From contig CM052817.1 of the NCBI GenBank assembly GCA_028534125.1, forward strand, positions 57,352,001 through 57,416,000: a stretch of 64,000 nt of DNA, in the 5' to 3' direction. This document shows, piece by piece, positions 1-12,350 of this stretch; positions within the stretch are counted from its first letter, which is position 1; every line of letters begins with the position of its first letter. The stretch is from Lama glama. Lineage: Eukaryota. The notes under the pieces are model-generated. The model saw only the letters and a program-made list of their open reading frames with translations. It was not told where the DNA came from and ran no database searches. Position numbers and translations under genes: made by a program.

Positions 1-1449
1 AAATATTATCTCCACCTCAGTAGAGGTTTCTCCTAAATTGACAGGCACTGAGCACAGGCTTTAAGAGAAATATGAAACATCCCAATTTGGGAGAAACACG
101 AGGAACAGGAAGAGAGTCACAGAGAGGAAATGCAGAAAGACACGTTGGATGCTCACTTTCCAATTTAGCTCGGGATCAGCTTGAGTAAAACACCAGTCCA
201 GGTTATGAGAGAAATCAGTCCCAGTGAGGTGGTCTGTGGATAGAAGTAAAACTCTGCAGGACACTCCTGGGACCTCAGGAAGTCCCAGAAGAGGCTTTTC
301 ATGCCTTTCCAGCCCTGTACCTCACTTCATTGATTGCTCCCAGGTGCCTAATGAGGGAAGCAGGACCAGCGGGCAGACAGACTTGAGGCACGGAGGATGT
401 GAAGAGGAGAAACACGCCGTTCAAGTGTCAGTGAAAAAGTTGTTAATGCTTTATAGAGTCAGCAAGACAAATTAGTTGACTTCACCTTCTTTTTTTAAAG
501 TATAACATATTGCAGTTAGTGCGGCACCAAAAATCCCCTTTGGATATACCAATGCTTTATCATCGTTGTCAGCTCTTGCTTTGTCTGACTAATGACTTAA
601 TCATTTCTCTTTTCCCCAAGTAAGAGCGGAGTCTGTTCCCCCACTCAATGGATACTTAGACCGTGCGCGTATTCAAGGCCACTTTATCATCTCTTTTCAG
701 CAAGGTCTCTACTGACTGAAACTCTTCTGCTCTAAATGATCCTATAATTGCCCTGAGCTCCCATGTGCACTAAGTTTCTCTTCTGGTTTGTTTTATGTGA
801 CTATTATAGTACAGGTGGTGCCAAACGTATAGGCACGTCCATCCCACCTACTTCACGTGTATCTGTTTTACTTCTCTGGTTTCTATGACTAACAGAAGCA
901 GCTGAGCACTTGTGTTTTAGGACAGCCCGTCTGAGATTAACCAATGTGACCTTCATCACAGGACCCACTGGCCTCTAAGAAAACCTGCCTGGGGATAAAT
1001 TCTCCAAACTCTCTCCTCTCAATCATCAAATGTACTTCCCTCATTATCCATCGAGCCTCCTTCAAACTCATCTCAAGATAAATGCTATACCACCTCCCTT
1101 CCCAGAAAAATATCACCTTTTCTTGTTTTGCCCATTTTTGCCTCCTGCTTCCTCTGGAAATATTCATTTCTACCCCTATTCAGCACCTCATCAAAAATGC
1201 CCCCTTCTCTCCACCTTCTCACTCTCAGCCTCTAAACATGCATCTCACTCCCTCACTTAAAAGAATATCTCAATCCTCTCTCCACTGAGAAAGTGCAAAG
1301 ACAAGTTCAATGACTGAACTTTATGTCCCTTACATCATATCTCTAAAGTCCCAGTCACATCATGGATACTTCAACGTGGTTCTCTCTCCCCTAACTGTGA
1401 TGGATTTGCTCCCCAGCCTTCTAGCCAAGCCTGGGGGGTGCAGGTAGTG

Positions 1450-1700
1450 GAGAGAGCTTAGGCAGATCTGTAGAGTCAGGCAGGTATAGGTGTCTTCCCC
1501 AGCTCTCCCACTTAGCATCTCATCTATACAATGGTGGGAGCAGTTGACAGTTTGGTGGGATTGAGGACTGAGATCAACGCAAAGTTCTTCCTTCTCCCAC
1601 CATCAAGGGCAGGGACCATGATCTCAGTGATCTTCATCTCTATCTCCAGTCCCCAGACATGTGCCTGGCCAATAGAAAATGTTTACCACCTGTTTGTGGA
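1450..1700 (+). mobile_element. MIR fragment followed by L2 3' end
   Basis: Degenerate MIR core (CTCATCTATACAATGG...GAGGACTGAGAT), then L2-like AAGTTCTT...GGGCAGGGACCATG...GTGCCTGGC. Confidence 0.5.
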
Positions 1701-1989
1701 ACTAACACGCAACAGAGATAACCTTAAGATAATATTAAATGTATTAAATATCAGACACCATGAAGAAATAGGAAGGAAAAACATAAGCTTTTTAGAAGTG
1801 CCAAGAAATCCCTGGAAGTTGAGCAATTATCCAGAAATGGACAAGAGGAGGAAACGTAAGCACGAAGTCCTGTGATAACTGCAACAAAAAAGGTAAGAAA
1901 CTAAAGATTGCCAGAAGGACTCTGATGTTTTGTTTCCCAGTCCTTCAAAAAAAAAAAAAGAAATTTCTAATAAAAAATTTTGAACAATT

Positions 1990-2113
1990 TCTTTTTGGCA
2001 GAGGGAGATGATTAGGTTTATTTATTTATTTTTAGAGGATGTACTGAGGATTGAACCCCAGGACCTCGCACATGCTAAGCCACACACTCTACCACTTGAG
2101 CTATAACCACCCC
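1990..2113 (-). mobile_element. tRNA-Ala-derived SINE (camelid-type)
   Basis: Reverse complement reads GGGGTGGTTATAGCTCAAGTGGTAGAG...CTTAGCATGTGCGAGGTCCTGGGGTTCAATCC..., followed by the AAAT-rich tail. Same family as the copies at 11589 and 49488. Confidence 0.9.
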
Positions 2114-2530
2114 ACTAAGTGAAGTAAGCATGAAAGAGAAAGAAAAATACATATGATATCACTTATGTGTGGAATCATTTTAAAAAAGGACACAGATGAA
2201 CTTATTTACAAAACAGAAACAGACATTCTGACATAGCAAACAAACTTACGGTTACCAAGGGGGAAGGGGATGGGAAGGAATAATTTGGGAATCTGAGATT
2301 TGCAGACACGAATTAATATATATAAAACAGATAAATAACAAGTTGATAGCACAGGGAGCTATGTTCAATATCTTGTACTAACTTATGGTGAAAAAGAATT
2401 TGAAAACAAATATATGTATGTTCATGTATGACTGAAGCATGATGCTGTAGACCAGAAATTGACACATTGTAAACTAACTATACTTCAATAAAATATATAT
2501 ATATATATATATACACAAAAAAAAACAAAA
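2114..2530 (+). mobile_element. 5'-truncated L1 (ORF2 end and 3' UTR) with (TA)n/poly-A tail
   Basis: Closely similar to the L1 3' UTR at 5530-5920 (ACAAAACAGAAACAGAC...GGTTACCA...CCAGAAATTGACAC). Confidence 0.9.
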
Positions 2531-4930
2531 CCCCAAAAACCTCTATGACCTAGGAGAGTGAAACCAAATAAAATTAAGTATATCCAAAGAAAAAAATTTT
2601 AATGACATTACCATTTAATATATGGTCATTTTTAGTCATAAAATGTTTTATATATCACTCCGCCCTTTTGTCAAAAACCAGCAAGAATTTTAAACTTATT
2701 TTGGTTGGGTGCAGGGAGAAGAGGAGGAAGAAATTGGAGGAAGGATTAATCACCTGAAAGAGCATCCAGGAAACATATTCAGGTGTGGAATTCCAGAACC
2801 TAAAGGGCATCTCATCTAAGGTCCAGGCAGAAGAGGGATGTAAGCTCTCCGAGGGAAGTTTCCTTTTAGCCCTTTTGAAAAGTTCTCCTTGAGTGAGGAT
2901 CTGCCTCTGTTTTAGCTGTGGATGTTTTGAAACCATGGAGCATTTTATATTCCAAGATTTCCACCATTTGTGTTTTTGTGAAAGTATAAGGAGGGTTGTG
3001 GAAGGGAATCTGTATGTTATTTGGAACCAGAAGCGCCACAATCATTTAAGCCAAAGATGGTTGACCAACAACCGTCCAGTGGAAGACAGTTCTCTATCAT
3101 AGTCGGAAAGGAAGGTTTTAGTGTCTCAAGGCCTCTGAGATTATCCCTGAAGTATCAGTCACAAGTTCCAGCAGCCAGAAGGCCTTTATCAGAAAGAAAC
3201 ATTAGAGCAGAGACCAAGCTAACAATGACATGTGTCCCTTTATCAAAAGAAGCCATTGGCTAGAAAGTTTCTACCTACTTTAAAGAATATGACATATTTT
3301 CTGATGTACTTGCTCTCCCCTGAGGAATGAAAGGTAAGTATGAAATGCTGTCTTTACCATGTTTTAAAAATCTAATACATGCTAAAAGTGGAATTATGCA
3401 GTTTAAAAATTTTCTTTGTTTTTCCCTTTGTAACCCAAATAAAACTGGGTATTCCATGGTCAGTTTCAACACAGTTTTGCACGCAAAAGAATCTAAAATC
3501 GGAAATGAAAACTTGGGAAAGCATCTTTAAGTCTTTTATTGTGTGTTTCTCCTTGACAGCTCCATGCAAAACTCCATCCTTCCTCCTCTCCCCTCTAAGC
3601 CTCAACCTCTTGCTCTGAGATCTGTTAGGTTCTTCCTGTAGCTCTAGGCTCTTTCCACTAAAAGTCAGTCTAGACTCTCTTCTTTCTAGTTCTGAAGCCT
3701 CACATTTCCTCAATCAGCACAGCAAAACACTAGAGCCTAGCCTCCCCGGAAAAGGAGGGGAGTGGGGAACGCTGCGACGACTTACACATTAATGCTTTTT
3801 ATGTCACCAATTCTATCATATCTGTATTTTCTAATTTTTTAAATAAACATGTATAATGTTATAATCAGAAAAAAAGGCCTATTTCCTTTTTTAAACTAAA
3901 ACATAGAACATCTTTAAAATGTACCTTAAAACAGTGGTGCCCAGATTTTATTATTTTACAAACAAGTACAATTTTCACAAAAATCCTGGGGACTATCACA
4001 GGGCTAATAATTTTATATTTAGCTCCCAAAGGATTATTTATTTAATCTCTATCCTCATCATTTCATAAAAGAAAGAATTTTTCAAAAACCTACCTCCTAA
4101 GTGGTTCTCCAGGTTCCCATGTGAACCAGAGAGACCTCACTCTCATTTAACTTGTATTAGGACTACACCTAATCAGGTGAGTTGGGGGCACATGGGTTCT
4201 ACGGACTGGATAATCCTTTAAATATTGTTTGTGCCAATTCTTTAAATATTGAATGAGAGAATATAGTGACAGTAGAAAGAAGTTAACTGACTTCTGTTGA
4301 TAAAATGATATATACTTTTATGTTCAGGTCAGGAGATGATTACATATATTTATCATTAACATAATATTTTAACTTATTTGCAATTGTCTTTCATTATACT
4401 GATCTTCCATTATTCTTAACGGCAAAGCACTGCATACTCATACCCAGGCCTTCAGACTCCTTGGGAGAGGAGCAGCTTATGTGGCTTTTTCAGTGTGTTT
4501 TTACCCTGTTTTGTTCTGTCGTTCTTTTAACAAAACATCCTATTTTCTGAAATGTTGTTCTTATTTAGGATGTAAATCTGGATGTAGCCAAACCAGACAC
4601 ATCTTAGGAGACATTAAAGGGCTTAAAATTTCTGTGATAAAATAAATCACTTGTTCTCAGTAAGCAGGACTAAGTGACGTCTTGTTGGGTTTCAGAACTT
4701 CAGCTGATGGCTGGCTGGCTAGGCTTGGCCGGGGCCGAATGAACTTCACGCATGCTGGAGTCACAAAAACATTCAGGCAAAAATTGGCCTTCACCATCAA
4801 AGAATGTTTTGTGTTTTTGTTTCTGTTTTTGTTTCCACACGAAAGCCTCTAGTTTACTAGGATTAGGAGCAAAGTAAATTTTGATGCTTAAACGCAGGTG
4901 GAAACCTGAGTTTAAAAGTACCACATTTCT

Positions 4931-5929
4931 AAATGTTCAATATCACTAATTATCAAAAACATGCAAATCAAAACTACAATGAAATTGAAAAATTGTGCTC
5001 TACACTGGAATTTGACACAACATTGTACAATGATTATAAATCAATAAATAATGTTAATAAATAAATAAATAAATAAATAAATAAAAAGGGGAAAAAAAAA
5101 ACTACAATGAGGTATCACCTCACACCAGTCAGAATGGCCATCATTCAAAACTCCACAAACAATAAATGCTAGAGAGGGTGTGGAGAAAAGGGAGCCCTCC
5201 TACACCACTGGTGGGAATGCAGTTTGGTGCAGCCACTGTGGAAAACAGTATGGAGATTCCTCAAAAGACTAGGAATAGACTTACCATATGATCCAGCAAT
5301 CCCACTGGGCATATATAGAGGGAACTTTAATTCAAAAAGATATGTGCACCCCAATATTCATAGCAGTGTTATTTAAAACAGTCAAGACATGGAAGCAACT
5401 GAAATGTCCATCAACAGATGACTGGATAAAGAAGCTGAGGTATATTTATACAATAGAATACTACTCAGCCATAAAAAAGAATAAAATAATGTCATTTGCA
5501 GCAACATGAATGGACCTGGAGATTGTAATTCTAACTGAAGTACACCAGAAAGTGAAAGAAAAATACTATATGATATCACTTATATATGGAATCTAAAAAG
5601 AAAAAAAAAGACACAAATGAATTTATTTACAAAACAGAAACAGACTTACAGACATAGAAAACAAACTTATGGTTACCAGGGGGGAAAAGGAGTGGGAAGG
5701 GATAAGTTGAGAGTTCAAGATTTGCAGATACTAACTACTATATAAAAAATAGATAAACAACAAGTTTCTACTGTATAGCATAAAGAATTCAATATCTTGT
5801 AGTAACCTATAATGAAAAATACAAAAAGTAATATATGTATGTTCATGTATGACTGAAACATTGTGCTGTACACCAGAAATTGACACAACATTGTAAACTG
5901 ACTATACTTTAATAAAAAAAATTTTTTTT
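4931..5929 (+). mobile_element. 5'-truncated L1 (ORF2 C-terminus and 3' UTR) with 16-bp TSD
   Basis: ORF 5288-5509 gives an L1 ORF2 C-terminal peptide ([31 protein letters not shown]). TSD AAAGTACCACATTTCT at 4915-4930 and AAAGTATCATATTTCT at 5930-5945. Confidence 0.95.
4983..5097 (+). mobile_element. Very short L1 3'-end insertion nested in the older L1
   Basis: TGTGCTCTACACTGGAATTTGACACAACATTGT plus an (AAAT)n/A tail. Perfect TSD AAAACTACAATGA at 4970-4982 and 5098-5110. Confidence 0.9.
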
Positions 5930-7156
5930 AAAGTATCATATTTCTGATTTATTCCAGAATCCCTTATAGTTGCCTCCCTGGTAAGTAGCTCAGCTGACCT
6001 GTTTTGTAACCCAGCTCTACAAAATTCACTTGAATAAAGAGTCTGACTTTTAAGCAAAGTTTAAAAACCACAGAAGAATAGCCGTGCATGTCAGGGTACA
6101 CCAGAGGGTGACAATCCATAGTTGTAAAGTAAAGAGTATTTTTAAAGTCTCACATAGCTATTGACTACCAACCTCTGTTTCCCTGATGAGAACCTCATCC
6201 AGCCCAGACTGACAACAACTGCTTTCCTCTGAGGTCAGCTTTGATTGCTGCCAGATGTGGAAAGACAAGAGGAAATGAAGGGAAGAAGACACCAGGTGAT
6301 GGCTGCCAGGGTATCCTCTCTCTTTCCGGGCAGAATGAAGAGAAACAAGACTCTTCCGCCTGCCTTCACCTTCCCCTGTCCCCTGTAATTGGCCAAAGTG
6401 GCCCCAGTGGAAAATACATGCAAAAACAACTGTTTCTTTTCCTTCCCTTGCAAATCTGCCCCCATTTTTTTGTGCTGATGCAGACAGTTTATTTGATGTG
6501 CAGAGAAGACCCCACACAGGAGGAAAGAATCAAACCCAAATTCCTCTCCAACATCCTGAGGAGCAGCCTGGCTCCATCGCATTCCCCTCCCCCTGCCCCC
6601 ACTGGCAGTGTAACCAAGTGGTTGGGAGATTTAGGTGGGTTAGGACTTGGCACTCGCTGGAGCTGCCCTCTGAAGCTTATCCGATAATCCACCCCACTGG
6701 ATGCAGGAGGTGTGGAGATAATGACTATTTCCTGAATATCGTGCTGTTTAAACAGCCCTGCTGCGGTGTTTGGAGAAATTCAGGATGTTTTTGCATCCCA
6801 GGTACTGTTGGAGCTGCCTAGCTAAGCTAAACATGACTCACAGGCATTGAGAACAGGTGGTGGCTGGCCAGACTGCTGGCAGTCAGGATGGTGGTGGTGG
6901 TTTTTCTTGTTTCAGCAGTTGGCAGAGGAATGCATACTGCAGTACAGTCAGAAGCTTTCCATCCTCGAAAAAGGAATGTTTTTCCTGACACCAGAGCATG
7001 AAGACACACTCTACCCTGCTCAAAAGCCCTGTCAGAGGCAGAGCAAAGTCCAAAACTGCAGACTGCCATTCAGAATTCTCCTCAGTTTATCCCTGCTTTT
7101 AGCTGAAGCACTTTGGCTTGCAAAACGGGAGACCCATTCAAGCTAGCTCAGAAGAG

Positions 7157-7158
<2 letters not shown>

Positions 7159-7204
<46 letters not shown>
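7159..7204. repeat. (GT)23 microsatellite
   Basis: Perfect dinucleotide run. Confidence 0.98.
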
Positions 7205-7208
<4 letters not shown>

Positions 7209-7458
7209 GAAGGCAGAAATCCACAATTACCTGTGGCCTCCCTAAATCCCTCAGGGACCACGTATCCTACCTCGAATCCCTTCACAGGCTTTTCCACCTG
7301 TCAACTATTTTCCTGTTTGTGGCCGTGGCCCCCATACCCAATACCCTCTGTCGCTTTCTTGGAAAGGTCTTTCTTGACTCCCCTATTTATTAATATCTGT
7401 CTCACCCAATTGCATTGTATCAGATGACACCATTTTATCATTCTATTGCCTTTATCAC

Positions 7459-7814
7459 TGCATTGGGTCAAATGTCTGTGTCCCCCACAATTCATATGTT
7501 AAAACTGAATCCCCAGAGTGACGTTACTTAGAGGTGGCACCTTTGGTTGGTAATTAGGTCAAGGATAGAGCCTTCATGAATGGAATTAGTGCCTTTTTAA
7601 GGAGGGGCCTAAGAGCTACCTAACTCTCTTCCCACCATGTGAGGATCCAACTAAAAGACAGCTGTCTGCAAACCAAGAAGCAGGCCCTTGCTAGAGCTCG
7701 ACATCTCTGGGACACTCATCTCAGACTCCCAGCCTCTAGAACTGAGAAAAATAAATGTCTATTGTTTGTAAGCCACCCAGGACTTTGTTGTAGCAGCCTG
7801 AACTGACTAGGACA
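7459..7814 (+). mobile_element. MaLR LTR (MLT1A-like)
   Basis: TG...CA termini; AATGTCTGTGTCCCCC...ATTCATATGTT near the start and CCAGCCTCTAGAACTGAGAAAAATAAATGTCTATTGTTTGTAAGCCACCCAG near the end. Confidence 0.85.
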
Positions 7815-8884
7815 ACGACCACCTGCAAAGTTCTTGTTTGACTGTTTCCCCGCTTTAACACTAGCTTGATGAGACTGGAACTTTCTCGTGGGCATCACTG
7901 TAGCCTTGGGTCCTGAAACAAATAAGGGGTGTAGCACTCTGTAAATGCATGGTCTCTCACTCCAGTGATTTCTGCTGTGAAATCTCTGTGAGCATTGGTT
8001 CATTCCCAAGAGAGATCATCTGGTTGGTTCTCTAGCCAAACAATGGACTTGTGCCTCTAGTTCTGGCATCTGTCCTTGGTCCAGTCAGCCAGGTCATGGG
8101 GGAGGGGTCATAGGCGGCCCTCCAAAGGAATGGGAGGTGCTGGGTCTCCAGAGAGATCTATGGGTGAAGAAGATACTGAAACTTGTCTCCAAGCGGCTCG
8201 CCACTTTGCAGAGTTACTTCCCACTATACGTGTGTGCACACAAGTGCATGTGCAACGCTTTCTCTCCTCCATTCACGTGGGCCACTCACCATGCAGACAC
8301 CTGGCTCAAATTTAGGCACAAAAATTTTCATTAGGTCACCCTGCATTCGGTGCTTCCAGATCTTGTCTCAGGCTCTTCCCTCTCTGCTAGAAAGGCCTCC
8401 CCAAACTAGCCCAGCCCCACTATCAGTCTGTAGGTATTACAGGCACACTTCAGATTTCAACTGATTTCACCCCTTATCTGGATTTTGCAATTCTGAATTA
8501 GTCACTCCTCTCCCCTAAGGAACCTCCTTGTTTTCACCTCTACTAGGGACTTACTCCAGGCTTCTTTCTAAGAGAAAGGCAAGGATCAGATAATAAAATG
8601 CTACACAAAGACCCCAAAGACAGTCCCAGTAAGACAGAGCTAAAGCGGGATCTCCATGCCAGGTGCAAGAGGATGCTACGTGGGTGTGTTCATGTAAAGG
8701 GCTCGGATTCCTGAAGGAGGCCACTGGAGAGTGCCGTGGCAGCACAAAATGACATGGAAAGAGCCAGTGAGGGTGACATGGATAAATTGTGCCAATTTAA
8801 CAGTCAAATACAAAACCACTTTAACAACCAAATACAGGCTTTATCTAGGCTGTCTCTAAATTTTACACTTGACACCAACAATTA

Positions 8885-9250
8885 TCAACCTCGACTGCAT
8901 GTTAATTTCACCTGGGGGTACTTCTGAAACATACCCAAGTCCAGAACCCACTCTAGAGGCTGTGACTTAACTGCTCTGAGGCAGGGTGTGAGAGACCCAG
9001 TGACTGGAGCTATATTAAAACACTCATCACCACAGAAGGACAAGGGCTTTGATTCCAAAGTAGGCTGAGCGTGAATCCCAGCTCCACCATTTACCAGCTT
9101 TGCCATTTTCCGCCAGTCACTTAGTCTCTAAGCCTCTGTACAGGTGAAATGGTGCTAATAATTCCTGCCTCATATGATTACTGTAAGGATTAGAGAAAAG
9201 TCCTAGACCATAATGGCCCCTTAAAGAAATGGTAGGTATAAGTATTATTA
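8885..9250 (+). mobile_element. MER5-like DNA transposon fragment followed by MIR
   Basis: TGCATGTTAATTTCACCTGGGG... (MER5-like), then GAATCCCAGCTCCACCATTTACCAGCT...GTCACTTAGTCTCT (MIR). Confidence 0.55.
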
Positions 9251-10219
9251 ATGCCTCCGCCACAACCAGTTGCAGATCGATATTTAACACTATATGGTTT
9301 AAATGCTGTCAGGCAATGTTGCCTGCACAGCAAAATATTAGTCCTTTAAGGGTTGCTTTGTTTCTGCATAGGACACCTCAGCCCCGTCATATAGGAAAGT
9401 TGTTTGTCAGGCCAGATGTACACTTCTCTGAAAATGAACTCCATTCAGAATCTGACTTTCCATAGAGGCAACACGCCTTTAATAAGTGATGTTTGTGTCA
9501 GCAACTTCTGACCAGGAGGCAGCTCTTCTGCCACAAAGCGACTGACACAGAAGTCAGGAGCTGCTCTTGAATGAGAATGCTGCACCCACAGAAAGCAACG
9601 GGGAGCAGAGGCACTATGGGAACATCCCATGAATGTGGGCCCGGCACCCACTTCATTTTATAAGCCCATTTGTTTAAAGGGGGAATCCATCATTGTGAAC
9701 AAAGGCAAGGAGAAATAGCTTTCCTGTTTTTCATTAGCAAAATTACAGTATCTAGTTCCCAAATTTCCATTCAAGAAATACTTCCTGGCTTCATCGCTGT
9801 GCTTGAGCCTCTTCCCACCCAAACTGGCACTAAATCTATAAAGTACAATGGTATGAATTGAGACTTGCAAAGTCTGGCCTGACTTAAGCCAAGTTCGTGT
9901 GTAAGATAAATATGTTGTCATTAGAGTCTGAACCGCTAGAGAGGAGAAGAGGACATTTTAATCAGGATAATTATTTGTTGACTTAACTTAGGCGTGTGGA
10001 AATGTTGATGAGCTTAGGTTTATTTAAAGTACAAGATGTGGGAGGAGGTTCCAACGTGGGAATCAACAGGTTAAGACAAACTATTGCAAGACAAGCAAAA
10101 AAAAATATATCTATGGTTACAAAAATTAAGACACTAATCAGGACCCTAATCCACGAATTGACCTATTGATTCTTCTCTGTTGCGGACATCAGCCCGCAAG
10201 TGGTAATTATCCTGGATAG

Positions 10220-10442
10220 TAGGAGGTCAGCAAACCATGGCCCATGGGTCAAACCCTGGGCTCACCACCTGCTTTTGTAAATAAAGTTTTCTTGGAACAC
10301 AGCCACATTCATTGGTTTACATATTGTCTCTGGCTGTTTTTGGGCTACAACAGCAGAGTTGTATAGTTCCAAGATCACAGAGCCTGCCAAGTTGAAAATA
10401 TTTCCCATGGGACCCTTTACCAAAAAAGTTTGCCAAGCCCTG
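10220..10442 (+). mobile_element. MER58A-like hAT-Charlie DNA transposon
   Basis: GGTCAGCAAAC...TTTTGTAAATAAAGTTTT..TTGGAACACAGCCAC...AAAAAGTTTGCCAAGCCCTG with degenerate terminal inverted repeats. Confidence 0.85.
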
Positions 10443-11588
10443 CTCTTTAGAAACATGGCATAATAGCATTTCCCCAGCCAAAATAGTTAAGCTAGATGTG
10501 ATATCTTAAGTGAAAATATATTAAACTGTGTGCTTGAAGATTTATGCTTTATATGGAATACATAGATAGCAATAATATATTTATTGTTTGTTACATACCA
10601 TTTGGGAAAAATTACTAAGGAAAATTACCTTACACCACTAAATACCTGTTTATATAGATGTGAGTTATGCTAACAGTAAAGATTTCATTTCAGTCTTTAT
10701 TAGTAATTACTCGGTGACTAGTTATTTTCACCTATCAGGGCAACTTGGGAAAGAAATACAGTTCATATTATTTCTGTCTTAGTTTTTCCACAGATTAAAT
10801 GTAAAAGGAAATGGAACTGGTGTTTCATTCAACTCAGCACTTTCTAACAAGGATGAAATAGTGTCAATTATACGCACTGCAGTTGTTCTGGAGCAAACTG
10901 AAACATAAAATATACTCAATTTAATTAAAGCATAAAAATAAAATGAGGTATCAATAGTAAGAGAGTGAAAAGAGCAGTATTGGTATGGTAATCTTATTTA
11001 TGCATCTAGATTTACTGCATCCAAAACTGTGTGGGTTTTAAACAGTCATTAATGGGAATCCAGTTAAAATAGAGCAACAAAGGAGGGGGGGAAACAATTT
11101 AAATAGTGACATTTTTCTTTTTTGCATTTAGCCATCTTCTAAAGAAGGGGCCATTAAAATTTTAAATCAGTTTTTAATCAAAGTTTAGTGGTACAACATT
11201 TAATTGAAAACAACGCCAGATGTTCTTCATCAAAACATCTTTCATAATGGCTAAATCAAGGTCTGAGAAGTTATTTAATGGGATAATTGTTGGTCTGTGA
11301 ATACAGCAGCAACTTCTTATTTCCTTGTAACACTGAAACATGCAGGTTTGGAGGCTGGCCCTGGTTCTGTTGACTGCTAACCGCTTCTCATAGGTCCCCT
11401 TGTGTGGTCCAGGCAAAGATGGGTGTTTGGGACACCAAATCCCGAAGTCCAAAACCAACAGATGAGCCCCAGGAATCAGTGCCCTGGGAGACTGGCACCC
11501 TCCTTCAACCACAAGAAAAATTCCACTGGTAAGATATAGGGCATAGACATCAAACTGTGAGGTTCACAGGCACATAAAAAGCAAGAAA

Positions 11589-11717
11589 GGTGGGGGGAGG
11601 GTATAGCTCAAGTGGTAGAGCACATGCTTAGCATGCACAAGGTCCTGGGTTCAATCCCCAGTACCTCCTCTAAAATAGAAATAATAATAAGCAAACCTAA
11701 TTACCCCCTTTCCCTCC
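11589..11717 (+). mobile_element. tRNA-Ala-derived SINE (camelid-type) with 13-bp TSD
   Basis: GGGGAGGGTATAGCTCAAGTGGTAGAGC...CTTAGCATGC...GGTTCAATCCCCAGTACCTCC carrying Pol III A and B boxes. TSD AAAAAGCAAGAAA at 11576-11588 and 11718-11730. Confidence 0.95.
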
Positions 11718-11790
11718 AAAAAGCAAGAAACGGAAGTCACAGAGCTTGGCTTCAGTGAAGACTTAATTTCAGAAAACAACACTTGACAGC

Positions 11791-12350
11791 TGTGATACAC
11801 AGAATTCTAAACTGACCATCCAGGATTTCCCACTCTAACCTCCAGGACTGTAAATATAATGAGATATCATGCCCCTGGTTATATGACCTGGCAAGAGAGA
11901 TTTTGTGCATATAATTAAATTATTACTGATCAACTGACTTTGAGTTAATCAAAATGGAGATCATCCAGGTGAGTCGAGTCCAATCACACGAGCCCTTTGA
12001 AGGCAGAGCGTTCTCTGGCTGACGGTAGAATAGGAAGTCAGAGAGATGTGAAGCACTGGAACGGTTCAGCAATGCCTTTGCTGGCCTTGAACATGGAGTG
12101 GACCACAGGAAAGGAACAGAGAGCTGTCCAGCCAATAGCCAGCAAAATGTGGGGACTTCAGTCTTACAACTACAGGAACTAGATTCTGCCAACAATGTAA
12201 ATGATCTTGGAAGTCGATTCTCCCCCCAGGCCCCCCAGATAAGAACCAATCCAGCCCATACTTCCATTTCAGCCTAGACAGAGGACCTAGTCAATCCCAC
12301 AAACTGCTAAACTTGTGTTAATTTGTTAAGCAGCAGTAAAAAACTATATA
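11791..12350 (+). mobile_element. MaLR LTR (MLT1E-like)
   Basis: TGTG start; GACTTTGAGTTAATCAAAA.GGAGAT...; CAGTCTTACAACTACAGGAACTAGATTCTGCCAACAA; ends AATTTGTTAAGCAGCAGTAAAAAACTA. Confidence 0.8.

Noticed and set aside
11592..11670. tRNA-Ala(AGC)-like sequence (also ~2040-2113 and 49490-49565)
   Set aside because: These have SINE tails, TSDs on two of the three copies and stem mismatches, so they are SINE heads and not tRNA genes.
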